Positions 58,501 to 64,000 of a DNA stretch of 64,000 nucleotides are shown one piece after another. Every line of letters starts with the position of its first letter. The first letter of the stretch is position 1. Both the position numbers and the translations under genes were made by a program. The stretch comes from Chrysomallon squamiferum (lineage: Eukaryota > Animalia > Mollusca): the NCBI GenBank assembly GCA_012295275.1, contig CM022678.1, positions 16,926,001 through 16,990,000 of the forward strand, written 5' to 3'. The notes beneath the pieces were generated by a model that saw only the letters and a list, made by a program, of their open reading frames with translations, made no database searches and was not told the origin of the DNA.

Positions 58501-59132
58501 TTGAACACATATCAATGAAGGGAGATAAATCAAATGGATCTAATTTTTACTTTGCTTAGTGAATACATCTCACGTAGGGGACCTAACTCTAAACGAAATG
58601 ATTTTTCGTTTTCTTAGTATATATACACCCTGACAGACATACGGACATATTCACACATACAAAAACACACACTGTGATACACAGAGAAAAATCTCTTGTA
58701 CATAATGCATATACAATAGTTAAGGAAACGAATTTCTATTAATTAAAAATTGGCAGAAGATTTATAAATAAATAAATTTCAGAATAATAATAAAATACAA
58801 ACAGAAATAATAAATTCTGATATTAGAAAAAGGATTATCTGAAAAGACACAATAAATTATTTTATTTCCTGATTTTTTCTCATAACAACAATAAACTAAG
58901 TACACAGGATAGAATAAATAAATAAGTAAACAAATAAAGAAAAACTTTGAAGCTTTAAAACGACAGAAGACTAAGTGAGTACATCTCACCTAAGGGCTCT
59001 ATCTCTAATATATGTTTCCGAACACGTGCCACTAAAGGGAGATAATTCTAATCCATCCAATTTTTACTTGCTTACTGAGTACATCTCACGTAAGGGACCT
59101 AACTCTAATCGAAATGATTTTTTCTTTGCTTA

Positions 59133-59205
<73 letters not shown>

Positions 59206-60763
59206 GTGAACAAATATCTAGTACTTAACGCATATACAATTGTAAAAGGAACGAAATTGAATTAATCCAATATTGCCAGAAGATTTAAAAACAAATAAAT
59301 TTAAGAATATTAAGAAAATCCTAAAAGAAATAACAAATTCTTATATTGCAAAACCGATTCTATCAAATGACACAATAAATTATTTTGTTTCCTTGTTTTT
59401 TATTATAACAACAATAAGGAAAGTAGACAGTATAGAATAAATAAATAAGTAAACAAATAAAGAACCACTATGAAAATTTAAAACGATCAAACGATTAGTG
59501 AGTACATCTCACCTAAGGGCCCTATCTCAAATATATGTTTTTGAACACATATCAGTAAAGGGAGATAAGTCTAATGGATCTAATTTTTACTTTGCTTAGT
59601 GAATACATCTCACGTAGGGGACCTAACTCTAATCGAAATGATTTTTCGTTTTCTTAGTATATATACACCCTGACAGACATAGGGACATATTCACACATAC
59701 AAAAACACACACTGTGATACACAGAGAAAAATCTCTTGTACATAATGCATATACAATTGTAACGCAAACGAATTTCAATTAATTAAAAATTGCCAGAAGA
59801 TTTATAAATAAATAAATTTCAGAATAATAATAAAATACAAACAGAAATAATAAATTCTGATATTAAAAAACCGATTATATGAAAAGACACAATAAATTAT
59901 TTTATTTCCTGATTTTTTACTATAACAACAAAAAGCTAAGTAGAGAGGATAGAATAAATAAATAAGTAAACAAATAAAGAAAAACAAGATAAAAAACTCT
60001 GAAGCTTTAAAACGACAGAAGACTAAGTGAGTACATCATCTAAGGGCTCTATCTCTAATATATGTTTCCGAACACGTGCCACTAAAGGGAGATAATTCTA
60101 TATCCATTTTTTTTTGCTTTACTGAGAGTCCATCTCAAAGGGGACCTAACTCTAATCGAAATAATTTTTTCTTTGCTTATATATATGAATATAGGGGATA
60201 TATATAATCGAAATGATTTTTTTGTTTTTTATAGTACCTAATATATATATATATATATATACACATGACAGAAACACAGACATATTCACACACACAAACA
60301 GACAGTGAACAAAATCTCTAGTACATAATGCATATACAATTGTTAAAAGGAACGAATTAGAATTAATAAACAAAAAATTGCCAGAAGATTTAAAAAAAAA
60401 ATAAATTTAATAAATTTCAGAATAATAAGAAAAAATCCAAAAGAAATAATAAATTCTTATATTGCAAAACCGATTCTATGAAATGACACAATCAATTATT
60501 TTGTTTCCTTGTTTTTTATTATAACAACAATAAGCTAGGAAAGAATAAATAAATAAGTAAACAAATAAAGAAAAACTTTGAAGCTTTAAAACGACAGAAG
60601 ACTAAGTGAGTACATCTCACCTAAGGGCTCGATCTCTAATATATGTTTCCGAACACGTGCCACTAAAGGGAGATAATTCTAATCCATCCAATTTTTACTT
60701 GCTTACTGAGTACATCTCACGTAAGGGACCTAACTCTAATCGAAATGATTTTTTTATATATTT

Positions 60764-60840
<77 letters not shown>

Positions 60841-60859
60841 GATGAGACACACACACACG

Positions 60860-60890
<31 letters not shown>

Positions 60891-62170
60891 GTGAAAAAAT
60901 ATCTAGTACCTAACGGATATACAATTGTAAAAGGAACAAAATTGAATTAATCCAATATTGCCAGAAGATTTAAAAACAAATAAATTTAAGAATCTTAAGA
61001 AAATCCTAAAAGAAATAACAAATTCTTATATTGCAAAACCGATTCTATCAAATGACATAATAAATTATTTTGTTTCCGTTGTTTTTTATTATAACAACAA
61101 TAAGGAAAGTAGACAGTATAGAATAAATAAATAAGTAAACAAATAAAGAACCACTATGAAAATTTAAAACGATCAAATGATTAGTGAGTACATCTCACCT
61201 AAGGGGTCCTATCTCAAATATATGTTTTTGAACACATATCAGTAAAGGGAGATAAGTCTAATGGATCTAATTTTTACTTTGCTTAGTGAATACATCTCAC
61301 GTAGGGGACCTAACTCTAATCGAAATGATTTTTCGTTTTCTTAGTATATATACACCCTGACAGACATACGGACATATTCACACATACAAAAACACACACT
61401 GTGATACACAGAGAAAAATCTCTTGTACATAATGCATATACAATTGTAACGCAAACGAATTTCAATTAATTAAAAATTGCCAGAAGATTTATAAATAAAT
61501 AAATTTCAGAATAATAATAAAATACAAACAGAAATAATAAATTCTGATATTAAAAAACCGATTATATGAAAAGACACAATAAATTATTTTATTTCCTGAT
61601 TTTTTACTATAACAACAATAAGCTAAGTACACAGGATAGAATAAATAAATAAGTAAACAAATAAAGAAAAACTTTGAAACTTTAAAACGACAGAAGACTA
61701 AGTGAGTACATCTCACCTAAGGGCTCTATCTCTAATATATGTTTCCGAACACGTGCCACTAAAGGGAGATAATTCTAATCCATCCAATTTTTACTTGCTT
61801 ACTGAGTACATCTCACGTAAGGGACCTAACTCTAATCGAATTTTGTTTTCTTTGCTTAATATATATATACACAGATTACGCACACACACACACAGAGGGA
61901 AAATATATGTAGTCCTGAATGCATATACAATTGTAAAAGGAACAAAATTGAATTAATCCAATATTGCCAGAAGATTTAAAAACAAAAAAATTTAAGAATA
62001 TTAAGAAAATACTAAAACCAATAACAAATTCTTATATTGAAAAATCGATTTGATGAAATGACACAATAAATTATTTTGTTCATTGATTTATTATTATAAC
62101 AACAATAAGGAAAGTAGACAGTATATTATAAATAATTAAGTAAGCAAATAGAGAACTAGTTTGAAAATTC
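52070..62170 (+). repeat. Tandem satellite of about 19 monomers (~520 bp) of two subtypes, mostly arranged as a ~1050-bp dimer
   Basis: The core ga(g/a)tacatctcacctaaggg recurs at about 52215, 52730, 53331, 53851, 54367, 54884, 55401, 55938, 56454, 56968, 57410, 57926, 58460, 58977, 59500, 60029, 60608, 61186 and 61704. The repeated 75-aa pseudo-ORF recurs about every 1050 or 1470-1690 bp. Confidence 0.93.
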
Positions 62171-62286
62171 TTACATCAAAGACCTATTAGATGGTAGGGA
62201 TTAAGTGGTAGTTTTATTGTTACATCATGCATAAAGTAGGGCAGTATCTTCCTTTTCAACGTACTTCACAACAGCTTGCACGTTAA

Positions 62287-62333
<47 letters not shown>

Positions 62334-62344
62334 TGTGTGTGATT

Positions 62345-62526
62345 GTCTCAATCTATATATATATACTAAGGAAAGAAAAAATCATTTCGATTAGAATTTG
62401 GTCCCTCACGTGAGATGTATTCACTAAGCAAAGTAAAAATTCGATCCATTAGATTTATCTCCCTTTAGAGATATGTGTTCACAAACATATATTTGAGATA
62501 GGGCCCTAATGTGAGATGTACTCACT
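62345..62526 (-). repeat. Single inverted copy of the satellite core
   Basis: gtgagatgtattcactaagcaaagtaaaaatt...gtgagatgtactcact is the reverse complement of the B-type core. Confidence 0.85.
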
Positions 62527-62700
62527 TATACATTTTAAAACGACAATATGTAAATAAATATATCAATTAATTAGTCAGAAAATGCGTTGGTTTTAAGGAA
62601 AAATGTTGGCATATAATTATAATAAAGATAACGATTAATAATTAATCAGTCAATAAATAACAATAAAAACAAAATAATAATAATAAAAATAGTAATAATG

Positions 62701-62732
<32 letters not shown>

Positions 62733-62803
62733 TAATAATAATAATCATAATAATAATAATGATTATAAATAAATAATGATGATTACTTTAATCATAACTA
62801 CAA

Positions 62804-62871
<68 letters not shown>

Positions 62872-62957
62872 TGATAAAAATAATAATAATAACAACAACA
62901 ATGACAACAAATATTCAAGAAGAGAAAACAAGAAGTAAAACAAAAGCAAGTCATTAC

Positions 62958-63591
62958 CTGAAATTCAAGCTGGAAACCCTTCATAAGACTCATATTGTAC
63001 ACATATGTGTGAAAATGTTTAATGTCAACACTTTCATCTTGCTCGCACTCTAGAAGCCGCACGACGTCGTCCTCGTTGTTTGCATCGTTAGATGTTAGAC
63101 GTTTATACGCAGTATCGTTTTCGATTTCGGATTCTTCAGCCTCGGTCTGAGGAACGTTTGAAGACATTCCTGTGCTATTATTAAGACTTGATATCATGCA
63201 ATCATCTATGTACTCATAATGATGACTATCATTAACATCATCATTTTCATCTTAGGTGATCACTATGCCATCAGCAGCTGAGGGATCAGATGGATTGCTA
63301 TGGCAACGGACTCCATCCGTAGCATCTAATGACATGTCGGAACTGCTCTGCCTGGTTGCTAAAGTTAACAAGGAATCAATCAAAATTTCTTTCATGATTC
63401 CTCGTCACAGTTTAACATTAACTGTTATTATTAAGAGTTTTGTAACTACTAACCTATACGGCACAACATTAGCGTAAAATACTAAAATTCTTCTCATTCT
63501 TTCAAAATACTTAATATCATCATCGCCATAAAATTACTACAGCTAGTACTAGTACTACTATTGCTATTATTATTATTACAATTACTATTAC

Positions 63592-63654
<63 letters not shown>

Positions 63655-63952
63655 AGCTGACGCTGTTGCTGTCTGTTATTGTTGTTTGATGGTGGCGGTG
63701 GTGGTGTTGGTAATGTTTTTTGTGGTTTTGTCTTGGTGTGTGGTATGTAGTTGTTGTCTTTTTCTTGTTCTAGTGTAGTAGTAGTGTTGTTATTGGTATC
63801 GTTCCTATCACCACTATTATATCTTAATTAATTAAATTACAAAACCTGGTTGCATTTCCACGAGTTCTATCTCGTTAATACGGGCTCGAATTAGGCTTTC
63901 ATTACGTCGTCGTGCACGTCGCTGTTTGTTTTTAGATCTTTTCTTCCTTTTT
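62958..63952 (-). pseudogene. Copy E (partial; 5' part beyond the window): juxtamembrane exon 63952-63846 and linker/PTP-wedge exon 63358-62958, with an in-frame TAA at 63254-63252
   Basis: KRKKRSKNKQRRARRRNESLIRARINEIELVEMQP (107 nt, same length as 39011-39117). The 401-nt exon ends VDIKHFHTYVYNMSLMKGFQLEFQ|gtaat. No later PTP exons are seen before the satellite. Confidence 0.75.
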
Positions 63953-64000
63953 CTAGATACAGAAATTGAGATATTAATTTATAATCACAATTGTTATTGC

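Noticed and set aside
57170-60550. Aberrant satellite monomers at about 57170-57310 and 59980-60550, and the scrambled TIR region at 120-260
   Set aside because: They look like mixed consensus of two repeat variants, more likely assembly or polishing noise than biology. This cannot be judged without reads.
53635-61716. Seven near-identical ORFs (six of 75 aa, one of 61 aa; MRCxHLVFCRFK...) as a tandem gene array
   Set aside because: They are the stop-poor antisense reading of an AT-rich satellite monomer, with F/I/Y/L-biased composition and no domain or splice support.
52070-62170. CRISPR-like repeat-spacer array
   Set aside because: The sequences between the cores are themselves repeated, the period is about 520 bp, the context is eukaryotic and no cas genes are present.

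Overview
AT-rich, microsatellite-dense animal genomic DNA (probably a mollusc or another lophotrochozoan; this is an inference) with one 200-N scaffold gap at 27465-27664. Most ORFs in the supplied track are microsatellite or antisense artefacts. Splicing the minus strand by hand reveals a tandem cluster of at least five paralogues (A-E) of one gene type. The exon order is: signal peptide, a compact ShKT-like six-Cys exon, one large exon of MEGF10/SREC-type EGF repeats, transmembrane, basic juxtamembrane, acidic Tyr-containing linker, and a single classical PTP domain (SAGVGRTG...QTF-MQYTFIYQ). No single copy shows every exon, so the full architecture is a composite. Copy B is open from the leader to the TM exon and then runs into the gap. 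Copy A is an intact 239-aa secreted ShKT+EGF form made by an internal deletion. C and D are pseudogenes. E is partial and has an in-frame stop. About 11 copies of the promoter plus signal-peptide exon lie on both strands through direct and inverted segmental duplications. The window also holds a decayed Buster/Charlie hAT transposon just upstream of copy A, two TA-target MITEs and a ~10 kb satellite of ~520-bp monomers with a dimeric higher-order structure.
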